The notes under the pieces were generated by a model. The model searched no databases. It was not told where the DNA came from and saw nothing but the letters and a program-made list of their open reading frames with translations. 37,128 nucleotides of DNA. It comes from Candidatus Micrarchaeota archaeon (GTDB taxonomy: Archaea; Micrarchaeota; Micrarchaeia; Micrarchaeales; Micrarchaeaceae). A program made the position numbers and the translations under genes. Shown here piece after piece: positions 15,218-23,289 of this stretch (within the stretch, counting starts at the first letter, position 1; each line of letters starts with the position of its first letter). Location of the stretch: NCBI GenBank assembly GCA_027327295.1, contig DAHWAI010000015.1, positions 1-37,128 on the forward strand, in the 5' to 3' direction.

Positions 15218-16060
15218 TCACTTAGCCGAGCCGAAGAGCAGGCTGAGCAGGTACATTATCGCGTATGCAGGCTCGTAGATTATAGGGAACATGACCGAGC
15301 CCTCACCTATCGAGGCGTAGTCGCTCGCCAGGCCGGCCCTGACTGTAAGAGTCACGTTGGCGCTCTTCTCTACCAAAGGGCTCTCGAGCGACGATACGTG
15401 AACCACAGCTTTGTATACGCCCGGAGTGTACTGGTAGATAGGGTAGGCGAACGTGGCAGACGTGTGGTGCAGCGCTATAACATCCTGCGGCGGCACGCTC
15501 CATGCCGGCAGGCCCGTCACGTTGATTACGAACGGGCTGTCAGATACGCCCGTGTTGTTTATCGTTATGTATATGTTGCTCGGGGAGCCGACACCGCTGG
15601 CCACGCTCGCGGGGCTTACATGCAGGTGGAAGACGTCAGGCGTCACGTTGACGTACGCGGTGAAGCTCACCGAGCCGATCTTCGAGTAGTTGCCAACGTT
15701 TATGGCAGTAAGTTTGAATATGTACATACCTGTGGGCGCATCGGCCGCAGGCGTAACCTCCACCGAGAGCGTCTGCCTGTACAACGGCGAGTTCTTCACG
15801 ACCCAGCCGGCAGGCACGTCGCTGGCGTTGAACTGGTTCCAGCCGTAATCAAGATGTGCGCCAGTCGCGTTCGTCGTGGCGGAGCGTATGGTCACGATGA
15901 ATGTCTGGCCTGGGCCCGCCTTGCCTAGGTAGATGCTGCCGTTGAAGTGTGTTATAGTCGCGTTGTACGGCTCAGTTATTGTCACGTACGAAGCGTGGGC
16001 CGCTCCCGCGAAGAATAAGACCGTGACCAATGCAAGCGCCAATGCGCCAGAATACTTCAA
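15218..16060 (-). CDS. secreted, C-terminally anchored surface glycoprotein candidate
   Basis: Sec-type signal peptide (M)KYSGALALALVTVLFFAGAAHA with a TTG start. Contains many N-x-S/T sequons (NAT, NGS, NAS, NYS, NVT, NNT), a beta-rich body and a C-terminal TM helix AYAIMYLLSLLFG. Confidence 0.6.
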   Translation of the reverse strand: MKYSGALALALVTVLFFAGAAHASYVTITEPYNATITHFNGSIYLGKAGPGQTFIVTIRSATTNATGAHLDYGWNQFNASDVPAGWVVKNSPLYRQTLSVEVTPAADAPTGMYIFKLTAINVGNYSKIGSVSFTAYVNVTPDVFHLHVSPASVASGVGSPSNIYITINNTGVSDSPFVINVTGLPAWSVPPQDVIALHHTSATFAYPIYQYTPGVYKAVVHVSSLESPLVEKSANVTLTVRAGLASDYASIGEGSVMFPIIYEPAYAIMYLLSLLFGSAK

Positions 16061-16115
16061 TCCAGCACCTGAAACTATATATCTGCCAAAGCTTTTATTT
16101 GTAGCTAGTGTAGGC

Positions 16116-16679
16116 TCACGTGTACTTGACCGTGAACTGCGCCGCCATGTTTATAGTGTGCGACTGCGGGGCCGCGCTGGTCGTGTAGTTGAGCCAGATA
16201 TAACCGGTGAAGCTGTTGCCGAGGCTCGATGATGCAGCGCCGGATGGTTCATAACAGTATGCCGACAGGATGGCCGAGGCACCGCTGTATATTTTCACAC
16301 CATTGGCGAGTGCGTTGTTAGGGTAGTAGGACGGCGCAGCGGAGTAGCTCAGCACGTGCACGTTGCCGTACTCAGGCTCGCTCGCGTTCGTAGGGCTAAG
16401 CGAGCTGGAGCATGCCATGCCAGTGACTGTTATCGCGCTGCCCGAGCTCTGCGCTATCTTCATCAGCACAGCGCCGGTGGTGTTTATCGCGTACGAGGGA
16501 CAGAGGAATGGAGGGGCAGGCGTGCAGCTGTCTGGCGCGACGGAAGTGTTGAACGCTCCGAGTTTCACGACCACGTACAGGGCCAGCACTATGATGAGCA
16601 GCGCTATGCCGTAGGATATCATGTAGTCGAGCGCCTGCTGCGCCTTCATGGCCCGCGGCTTATTGTGCATCGCCATCAT
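16116..16679 (-). CDS. archaeal type IV pilin-like protein (class III signal peptide)
   Basis: The N-terminus RAMKA|QQALDYMISYGIALLIIVLALYVVV matches the [KR][GA]|Q..(E/D)Y... prepilin pattern followed by a hydrophobic helix. Alternative ATGs lie at 16676, 16670 and 16649, and the longest form overlaps the RR stop. Confidence 0.6.
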   Translation of the reverse strand: MMAMHNKPRAMKAQQALDYMISYGIALLIIVLALYVVVKLGAFNTSVAPDSCTPAPPFLCPSYAINTTGAVLMKIAQSSGSAITVTGMACSSSLSPTNASEPEYGNVHVLSYSAAPSYYPNNALANGVKIYSGASAILSAYCYEPSGAASSSLGNSFTGYIWLNYTTSAAPQSHTINMAAQFTVKYT

Positions 16680-17865
16680 CGGCGTGCTTGCCGACGCGTA
16701 TCCTGACGCCGGTGGCGTCGCGCGTTATTGTTATGTCGAGGTCCTCCCTGCCGAAGAGCTTCTGGAGCTCGTCGTATGTATACGTGCCTATCTCTGATGG
16801 GCTGGCGCCCTTAGCGCTGAGTATCTCCTCCCTGCGCTCCTTCAGGGCGCTCTTCTCCGTCTCAGTATAGACGAGCGATAGCTTCGGTACCTCCTTACTC
16901 TCGAACAGGTTGTCTATGTTTAAGTCTATCTGCCTGTAACCTTCATCCTGGAGTATGAACGGTAGCACGTTGCTGAACTCCTGCTGCACCTCGCCAACAG
17001 TCGCCGCGACACTCTCCTTCATGCCGGCTATGACGAACTCGTCGCTGTTAAGGAAGCCGACGAACGCGTTAGGGGACTTGCTCTTTATCACGTCCTGGAG
17101 AAGTTGCGAGATCAAGCGCAGTATCACTATGGCAGACTTCTCGCCGAACCGTGTGGCGTAAGCCGCGAGGTTATCTATGCGCAGGGTGCCTATAGTGTAT
17201 TTCTCGCCCTCCTTCAGCGAACGCTCTATCTGGCCGGAGATGCGCTCCTCGTCGGGCAGGTCCACGAGCGCGTCAAACCGTTTGCCCTTCTTGCGCAGGA
17301 AGAGCGTGACAAGGCTGCGCAGCTCAACAGGGTCGAACGGCTTCTTTATGTAGTAGTCGGCGCCGTACTTTATGCCCTTGAACCTGTTGTTCGTCGGATC
17401 CATCGCGCTGACCAATATGATTATGGTGCCGCTCGTGACCGGGTCGCTCTTGATAGTCTGGCAGATGTCCAGGCCGTCCCTGTGCGGCAGCATAAGATCC
17501 AGTATGACCAGGTTGGGCGACTGGGATTTCACGAAGCCGACGGCCTCGCCGCCGTCGTATATCTGGTTTATCTCGAATCCTTTGCCGAGGGACAGCGCCA
17601 TCAGCTTGTTTATGTTCTTGTCGTCCTCGACTATTAGCACCTTCCTAAGCGAGTCCATGTCCTGGAGTACGTAGTAGGTCATTATGCCGCCGTTGCTCCT
17701 CGAAGCTATGGCCTTGCTCGCTTCGAGGCTTTGGAGCGTGCCGTCCATCAGATTCTTAGGCACCCCCCTGCTGAACATCAGGTCGGTAAGCTCGTTGTAG
17801 GTAATCTGCTGGCGCTCGTTTATGACGTCAAGTACCTCCTTGGCTGTATCAGAAGAGTTCTCCAT
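16660..17865 (-). CDS. response regulator: N-terminal winged-helix domain, REC domain, and a degenerate GGDEF-like C-terminal domain
   Basis: REC: VLIVEDD, phospho-acceptor in LVILDLMLP (D123), KKPF. C-terminal aa 198-345: DALVDLPDE...LRIDNLAAYATRFGE...FVGFLNSDEFVIAG aligns by eye to the GGDEF consensus DpLTgLpNR...lDiDhFK.iND.yGH..GD...RlGGDEFaill. Confidence 0.75.
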   Translation of the reverse strand: MENSSDTAKEVLDVINERQQITYNELTDLMFSRGVPKNLMDGTLQSLEASKAIASRSNGGIMTYYVLQDMDSLRKVLIVEDDKNINKLMALSLGKGFEINQIYDGGEAVGFVKSQSPNLVILDLMLPHRDGLDICQTIKSDPVTSGTIIILVSAMDPTNNRFKGIKYGADYYIKKPFDPVELRSLVTLFLRKKGKRFDALVDLPDEERISGQIERSLKEGEKYTIGTLRIDNLAAYATRFGEKSAIVILRLISQLLQDVIKSKSPNAFVGFLNSDEFVIAGMKESVAATVGEVQQEFSNVLPFILQDEGYRQIDLNIDNLFESKEVPKLSLVYTETEKSALKERREEILSAKGASPSEIGTYTYDELQKLFGREDLDITITRDATGVRIRVGKHADDGDAQ

Positions 17866-17992
17866 CCGGTCACCGATATACCTTCTGCAGAAAGGAATAA
17901 TATAGCTTGCTGATGGGAGCGTTTATAGGCATGCTGGAGTTATGCCGCACATTTTGGTAAGGAATAAAAGCCTTAGCAGATGAATAGGCTCT

Positions 17993-18988
17993 ATGGCGAT
18001 TAAAAGGCACAAGCATTTTGCGAGGGACGGCGAAAGGGCAAGCCGTTCGTACCTTGGGGCAGGGCTTGGCATGCTGGCTATCGTAGTTATAATAGGCATT
18101 GCGGCGGTGATGCTGTCCAACAACGTGCTGAACATAACCAGCGCGCAGACGCTCAACATAACCAATGGCGGCGTGGTGTTCAGGATGGCCGGCAGCGAAT
18201 ATGTGGCTTTCCTGCACGGAACTTCGGGCTCCACGGCGTACGTCTACATAACCAAGACGCCTGTATTCGTCAATCAGGTCCTCAACGTAACGCTCCAGAA
18301 CGGCATAACAGTGCACGTGAACTACGGCACCTCCAACGCCAACATGGCGCTGACGCTTAAGTCAATAGGCGCGTCTGCATACGTGCAGATAGTCCCGGTG
18401 AGCTCCAGCGTCGGCATAGCGCCTGATGCAGGGTACATAAAGGTATTGCCGCCGACGTCCCTTGGAGGGCAACCTGCCACCGTGAAGATAAACGTGAACA
18501 ACACAACCGACACAATCAAGGCAACTACCTCAGTGACAGCTGTCACCACGGTTCCGACAGTGACTTCGCAGGTGATGCAAAAGTTAGAGACGACCGAGTA
18601 TTACCCGCTGATGCTCAACTACAGCGACGCGTACGCCAAGACGCTGCAGTGCAGCGCCTCGCAGTATGATGCAGACTACATAAGCCAATATGGGGTGGCA
18701 CCTTCAGGCGCCACGACCTACCAGAACGTCAGTGTGATGACCCCGTACAACATGAGCCTTGCTATATCACAGTCCTCGGGCGACCTGTACACCGCTACGT
18801 ACTCGACCAAGGCCAAGACGTCAGTTGGCTCTGGCACTGTGCTCACAATTACAATCAACTCCACGAGCGGTGCGGTAATCAGCACCAAGTTCGAGGGCGC
18901 TTTCTCCAGCCTCGATTACACGCAGCTCTACAACGCCTACGCGAAGATGAAAAGTGTAGGAGACTCGTGCGAGGCGTTCTTCGGCTGA
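17993..18988 (+). CDS. membrane-anchored extracellular Ser/Thr-rich glycoprotein candidate
   Basis: N-terminal anchor LGAGLGMLAIVVIIGIAAVML and numerous N-x-S/T sequons (NIT, NVT, NNT, NYS, NVS, NMS, NST). No recognised family. Confidence 0.55.
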   Translation: MAIKRHKHFARDGERASRSYLGAGLGMLAIVVIIGIAAVMLSNNVLNITSAQTLNITNGGVVFRMAGSEYVAFLHGTSGSTAYVYITKTPVFVNQVLNVTLQNGITVHVNYGTSNANMALTLKSIGASAYVQIVPVSSSVGIAPDAGYIKVLPPTSLGGQPATVKINVNNTTDTIKATTSVTAVTTVPTVTSQVMQKLETTEYYPLMLNYSDAYAKTLQCSASQYDADYISQYGVAPSGATTYQNVSVMTPYNMSLAISQSSGDLYTATYSTKAKTSVGSGTVLTITINSTSGAVISTKFEGAFSSLDYTQLYNAYAKMKSVGDSCEAFFG

Positions 18989-19021
18989 TTGCGGCAAAAT
19001 GGCATGGCCTTCGGAGTTGGC

Positions 19022-21244
19022 TTATGCCTTCTCCTTCTTTTCCTTGTGCACTATAGGCACCGTGAAGGTGAATGAAGAGCCCTTTCCAAGCTGCGACTCG
19101 AAGCTCATCTTTCCGCCGTGGAGGCTCACTATGTCGTGCGTTATGGACAGGCCGAGGCCGGTGCCGGTCCCGTCTGGTTTGACAAGGCTCTTCTTAGGCG
19201 CCTGGTAGAACTTCTTGAAGACCTTCTTTTTGTCTTCATCGCTTATCCCTATGCCCGTGTCTGTCACGGTGCACTCGACGAACTTCCTCCCTTTCTTGGT
19301 AACGTGGACCGATATGCCCCCGGTCTCTGTGAACTTTATCGAGTTTCCGATCAGATTGACGAGCACCTGTATCAACCTGTTCGGGTCCGCCATTATGTTG
19401 GGCACGTCGTACGAGACATTCCACGAGAACTCGAGGCCCTTGTTGCGCGCTGACTCCTCCATGGCCTTGATGCTCGGGTTCTCATACAGGTCGCGGAGGT
19501 TCACCTCCTTGATGTCAAGCTTTACCTTCTCGGCCTCAAGCTTCGCGGCGTCCAGCACCTGCGTTATTATGAGCATGAGCCTATCGCTCTCGTCCAGTAT
19601 AGTCTTGACGTACTCCTTCTGCTCATCGTTTAGGGCACCAAAATCGCCTTCGTGGAGCAGCTTGGCGAAGCCCTTGATGTTAGTGAGCGGCGTCTTGAGC
19701 TCGTGCGATATATTGTATATGAACTGCGACTTAAGGGCGCTGGTGTTCCTGAGGTTCTTCTCCGTTGTCTCGCTGCGCCTCATCGAGGCCCGAAGGTCTT
19801 CTACTATGTTTTTCGTCTCGAGCTCCTTAATCAGGAAGAGGTAACTTGATTTCTCGGCGCTGCTGAGAAGCCTTACGGAGTGCGTTGCGGGTATTGGCTG
19901 ACCGTCCTTCTTCGCTACGTTCACGTAGGTGTTGTCTATGTTGCCTCCGGTACGAACGTATGCTATGTCGCGGTCGAGTATGGAAGTGTCAGGGTAGAGG
20001 TTCCTTATACTCTTGCCAACGAGCTCCTCCTTTGGGTACCCGAGAACGTGCTCGACAGACAGGTTGCAGTCAGTGATGTAGCCGGACTCGTCCACAGTCA
20101 TAACTATGTCTGACGTGGCGTTTATGAAGTCGTCAAGATCGCTCTTCAGGCCCGACACGTATTTCTCGAGGTTGGCGCTCGAAGCTATGAACATAGGGCC
20201 TGCGGGTGAGTAATCGAGCGCATAGCGCACGCGCACAGCCAGCCCGTCGGGCAGCATTAGGTCTGCTGTGCCTGCGAGGACAGTACCAGGCTTCGCTTCG
20301 CCCGCAGGCTTCATCTCCTGTCCCTTGCTGCCGAGCACGGCGGAAAGTTTCCTGCCCTGGAGCGCGGATATAGCTGCAGAGAACTGACTTCCCATGCCAC
20401 CATACACCTTGTTTATCGTAAGGTCATCGCCGAGGAGCGCGAGCATGACCTCGCCGTTTGGTTTCAGCGCGCTCGCGATGGATTCGAAGTACGCGGCGTA
20501 CGTGACGTCCTCTGCCACGACGTGCAGCAGCGTCTCGCTGACCTTCGACGAGGATATGCGCACCAGCATAGGGTCGTTTGGCGCCCCGACCCTTGCCATC
20601 TCGGACTTGCCGTTCACCAGTTTGGTAAGGGCCGCAAAGTCCCTCCCTATGACGCCTGCTATCCGCGTCTCTGAGCCGGAAAGCGCGGAGAACCTGCGCA
20701 TGGCCGCTTTGTTCGCCTTGACTATAGAGCCGTTTGATGACACTAGGAACTGCGGGATGCTAGAGCCGAAGGCGGAGTCGAAGTAGCCCGCGAGTTTTAC
20801 GTTCCTTCCGGCCTCGACCTTGTACGCGAGCGAGAATCCTATGAACGCTGCGCCGAACGCGACGCTGCCGACCAGGTCGTCAGAAAACTTATTCTCCGCG
20901 CTCGAGAGGAGCTCGAGAACTGCCAGAACCTTGCCGTGAGCTATTATGGGCAGGAAGGCGCCGCTTAGGAAACCCTGGTTCCTGTAGCTTATCAGCTCGG
21001 GAAACGCAGAATACTCGCTCAGCTGGTTGTCGACATACGCCTTGCGGGTATTGATCAGGTATTCGGTTATGCCGTTTTCGCCTTGCTTATTCTGCTGTAG
21101 CAAGCTCACACTGGCGCGGTCTATGCCGAAGATACTCCTCACTATTTCGGTGAAACGTTTTACCGTGTCATCCTCGCTGGAAGCGCTCGAGGCTATCGGC
21201 ATCACGTCCATCAGGAACCTGCTTATGACGATGTTCTCTACCAT
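19022..21244 (-). CDS. soluble sensor histidine kinase (GAF-like N-terminus, PAS, HisKA, HATPase_c)
   Basis: H-box SHELKTPLTNIKGF, N-box LVNLIGNSIKFT, G-boxes DTGIGI and GTGLGLSI. PAS-like segment IVMTVDESGYITDCNLSVEHVLGYPKEELVGKSIRNLY. No TM helices. Confidence 0.9.
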   Translation of the reverse strand: MVENIVISRFLMDVMPIASSASSEDDTVKRFTEIVRSIFGIDRASVSLLQQNKQGENGITEYLINTRKAYVDNQLSEYSAFPELISYRNQGFLSGAFLPIIAHGKVLAVLELLSSAENKFSDDLVGSVAFGAAFIGFSLAYKVEAGRNVKLAGYFDSAFGSSIPQFLVSSNGSIVKANKAAMRRFSALSGSETRIAGVIGRDFAALTKLVNGKSEMARVGAPNDPMLVRISSSKVSETLLHVVAEDVTYAAYFESIASALKPNGEVMLALLGDDLTINKVYGGMGSQFSAAISALQGRKLSAVLGSKGQEMKPAGEAKPGTVLAGTADLMLPDGLAVRVRYALDYSPAGPMFIASSANLEKYVSGLKSDLDDFINATSDIVMTVDESGYITDCNLSVEHVLGYPKEELVGKSIRNLYPDTSILDRDIAYVRTGGNIDNTYVNVAKKDGQPIPATHSVRLLSSAEKSSYLFLIKELETKNIVEDLRASMRRSETTEKNLRNTSALKSQFIYNISHELKTPLTNIKGFAKLLHEGDFGALNDEQKEYVKTILDESDRLMLIITQVLDAAKLEAEKVKLDIKEVNLRDLYENPSIKAMEESARNKGLEFSWNVSYDVPNIMADPNRLIQVLVNLIGNSIKFTETGGISVHVTKKGRKFVECTVTDTGIGISDEDKKKVFKKFYQAPKKSLVKPDGTGTGLGLSITHDIVSLHGGKMSFESQLGKGSSFTFTVPIVHKEKKEKA

Positions 21245-21325
21245 CTTTACCCATTTTTTTATCTTGTTAATCAGCTTTGAGCGAGAAACTATTTAAAGAT
21301 AGTTTGGATTTTATTACTGGCGTGG

Positions 21326-21700
21326 ATGATGGATGTGAGAGGACTGTTCCAGAGGGCTGTGAAGGACTTCGAAAGGGCAAAGATGAACGCACGCACCAGG
21401 AATTACACCGAAGCCTCGACGCTGTACAAGAGGTCGGCTCGGGACCTCCTCGAAGCTCTCTTCATATCCACAAGGAGGAAGAACCCGCCGAAGAATGCAA
21501 GCATAACATACCTTAGCACGAAGGTAGGCGCTGCGAGGGTGGTTTCTGCAGACTTGGGTGAGATCCTCAGCGACGACGAACGAAGGTCGCTTGAGGATGA
21601 GGGAGCACACGTCTTCGAGGAGAACGGCAAGATATCGGACAAGGAGACCTTTGTCAGGAGCCTGATAGGATACGCATGGGCAAAGCTGAACAGCCACTGA
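21326..21700 (+). CDS. small all-alpha protein, possibly HEPN-like (catalytic motif not evident)
   Basis: 124 aa. RAVKDFERAKMNARTRNYTEASTLYKRSARDLLEALFI resembles the first helices of HEPN domains, but no clear R-x4-6-H motif is present. Confidence 0.35.
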   Translation: MMDVRGLFQRAVKDFERAKMNARTRNYTEASTLYKRSARDLLEALFISTRRKNPPKNASITYLSTKVGAARVVSADLGEILSDDERRSLEDEGAHVFEENGKISDKETFVRSLIGYAWAKLNSH

Positions 21701-21765
21701 ACAGTGCATGAACAAACTACACTAGTCTTTTATAGGGCGACCTGTCTAATCCTCATGCTGGTTTC

Positions 21766-22434
21766 ATGGAAAGTGACGGCGTAAAAGAGCTTTTTGACGG
21801 CGTGTATAGAGTAGATGGAAAACTCGCCACCGCCAACCTGGCCAGGGGTTATAAGGTCTACGGCGAGGAGCTCATAGTGCGCGGGAGCATCGAGTACCGA
21901 CTCTGGAACCCGTACAGGAGCAAGCTCTCGGCAGCGCTGCTCAATGGCCTGAAGACAATGAGAATAGGAGGAGGAGGCAGCGTCCTGTACCTCGGCGCGG
22001 CGACAGGCACCACGGCCAGCCACGTCAGTGACATCGTCGGCAAGGACGGTGTCGTCTATTGCGTTGAGCTCTCGGAGCGCAACATGCGCGAGCTGATAAA
22101 CGTCTGCGAGAAGAGGCCGAACATGCTGCCTATACTGGGGGACGCGATGCACACCGAAGGCTACGCAAGCATCGTAAGTGAGTGCGACGCGATATACCAG
22201 GACGTGTCTGCCAGGGAACAGGCACAGATACTGCTCACCAATGCAAGGTTCCTCAAGAAAGGAGGCTACGCCTATTTCGTGATAAAGTCGCAGAGCGTCG
22301 ACGTGGGCATGGATCCCGAGAAGGTCTTCAACAGGGAGCTCGGGAGCTTAGATGGCACGTTCGAGCTCGTCGAAACTGTGCAGATAGAACCCTACGACGA
22401 ACTGCACCTGTTCGCAGTGCTTAAAAAGCTTTGA
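21766..22434 (+). CDS. flpA: fibrillarin-like rRNA/tRNA 2'-O-methyltransferase
   Basis: YRLWNPYRSKLSAAL, SAM-binding VLYLGAATGTTASHVSDIV, YCVELS, PILGDA and DVS motifs. The 222-aa length is typical. Confidence 0.9.
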   Translation: MESDGVKELFDGVYRVDGKLATANLARGYKVYGEELIVRGSIEYRLWNPYRSKLSAALLNGLKTMRIGGGGSVLYLGAATGTTASHVSDIVGKDGVVYCVELSERNMRELINVCEKRPNMLPILGDAMHTEGYASIVSECDAIYQDVSAREQAQILLTNARFLKKGGYAYFVIKSQSVDVGMDPEKVFNRELGSLDGTFELVETVQIEPYDELHLFAVLKKL

Positions 22435-22446
22435 CACGAATGCGTA

Positions 22447-23289
22447 GTGGTGGAGATGAACGCAGAACGCCTCGCAGCCATGCTAGACAAGGTCGCAGGC
22501 TCCGGCGTGGTTGTGATGTGCCAGTACTGCGGCGCCTTGACTCCCACACTGGGCAACCTGGCGATATGCCACTCCTGTGAGAGCGCGATCTCGCGGGATG
22601 GGGATGCGCTGGCCAGACGCTCCGCTGACATGGTAGAGGCTATTGGCACAATCAAAACGCAGTTGGCCGCATACAAGTATGACGACGCCATGGCTTCATA
22701 CGAAGCGCTCTACGCAAAGTACGGTGACCCTGCGCTGCTCTATGCCGAGGGCCTGGTGTGCAACGCATGCTCCAACCACGAGGTCTCACTTATAAGTTAT
22801 GCCAGGGAGGGCTTTATGGAAGAGAATACGCTCCATCGGGATGAGGCTGCCAGGCGCGCTGCCCGTGCTAGGCTCCTGTTCAATAAGTCACTGAACGCGT
22901 ACACTGCTGCACTGGTAAAGGAGAGTTCGCCCACCACCATGTATATGGCGTTCCTGGCACACATAAAGCTGGGCAACCTCAGGGCTGCGGAATCGATGCT
23001 CGACGGGCTTGCGGGCAGCGGCAGCCACTACCTGCACGCATATGCGAAGATGGTATTTGACTCTGCCTCGGGCAGGTTCGGTGAGCTTGCTGCGGATGCA
23101 GAAAGGCTTATGAAGCCAGATTTGTGGTCGGTCAACGCCTTCTATTACATGGCGCTCGCCTTGCTCAAGGCACACGACTCGAAGGCCGCACTTAAGCTCG
23201 TGCGGGCGCTGAAGAAGCACATTGGCGGCAGCGCGGTAGAGGCGCTCGAGAAGGAAGCGGTGAACTACGACGCTGCAACATTATTTTGA
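22447..23289 (+). CDS. zinc-ribbon plus helical (TPR-like) protein, 12 nt downstream of fibrillarin
   Basis: CQYCG-x13-CHSC four-Cys ribbon near the N-terminus, followed by Ala/Leu/Tyr-rich helical hairpins. GTG at 22447 or ATG at 22456. Confidence 0.5.
   Translation: MVEMNAERLAAMLDKVAGSGVVVMCQYCGALTPTLGNLAICHSCESAISRDGDALARRSADMVEAIGTIKTQLAAYKYDDAMASYEALYAKYGDPALLYAEGLVCNACSNHEVSLISYAREGFMEENTLHRDEAARRAARARLLFNKSLNAYTAALVKESSPTTMYMAFLAHIKLGNLRAAESMLDGLAGSGSHYLHAYAKMVFDSASGRFGELAADAERLMKPDLWSVNAFYYMALALLKAHDSKAALKLVRALKKHIGGSAVEALEKEAVNYDAATLF

Noticed and set aside
15194-15928. 244-aa plus-strand ORF
   Set aside because: It is antisense to the signal-peptide-bearing surface protein. The Arg/Val/His-rich composition is implausible for a real protein, while the minus-strand product has coherent signal, sequon and anchor features.
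17866-17992. Box C/D sRNA in the RR/surface-protein divergent intergenic region
   Set aside because: The strings gctgatgg and agatgaa are only imperfect C boxes (RUGAUGA). No properly spaced CUGA D box or terminal stem is present.
21326-21700. A truncated Nop5 N-terminal (fibrillarin-binding) domain upstream of flpA
   Set aside because: The sequence is all-helical and does not resemble the mixed alpha/beta Nop5 N-terminal domain. A HEPN-like reading fits better, though weakly.
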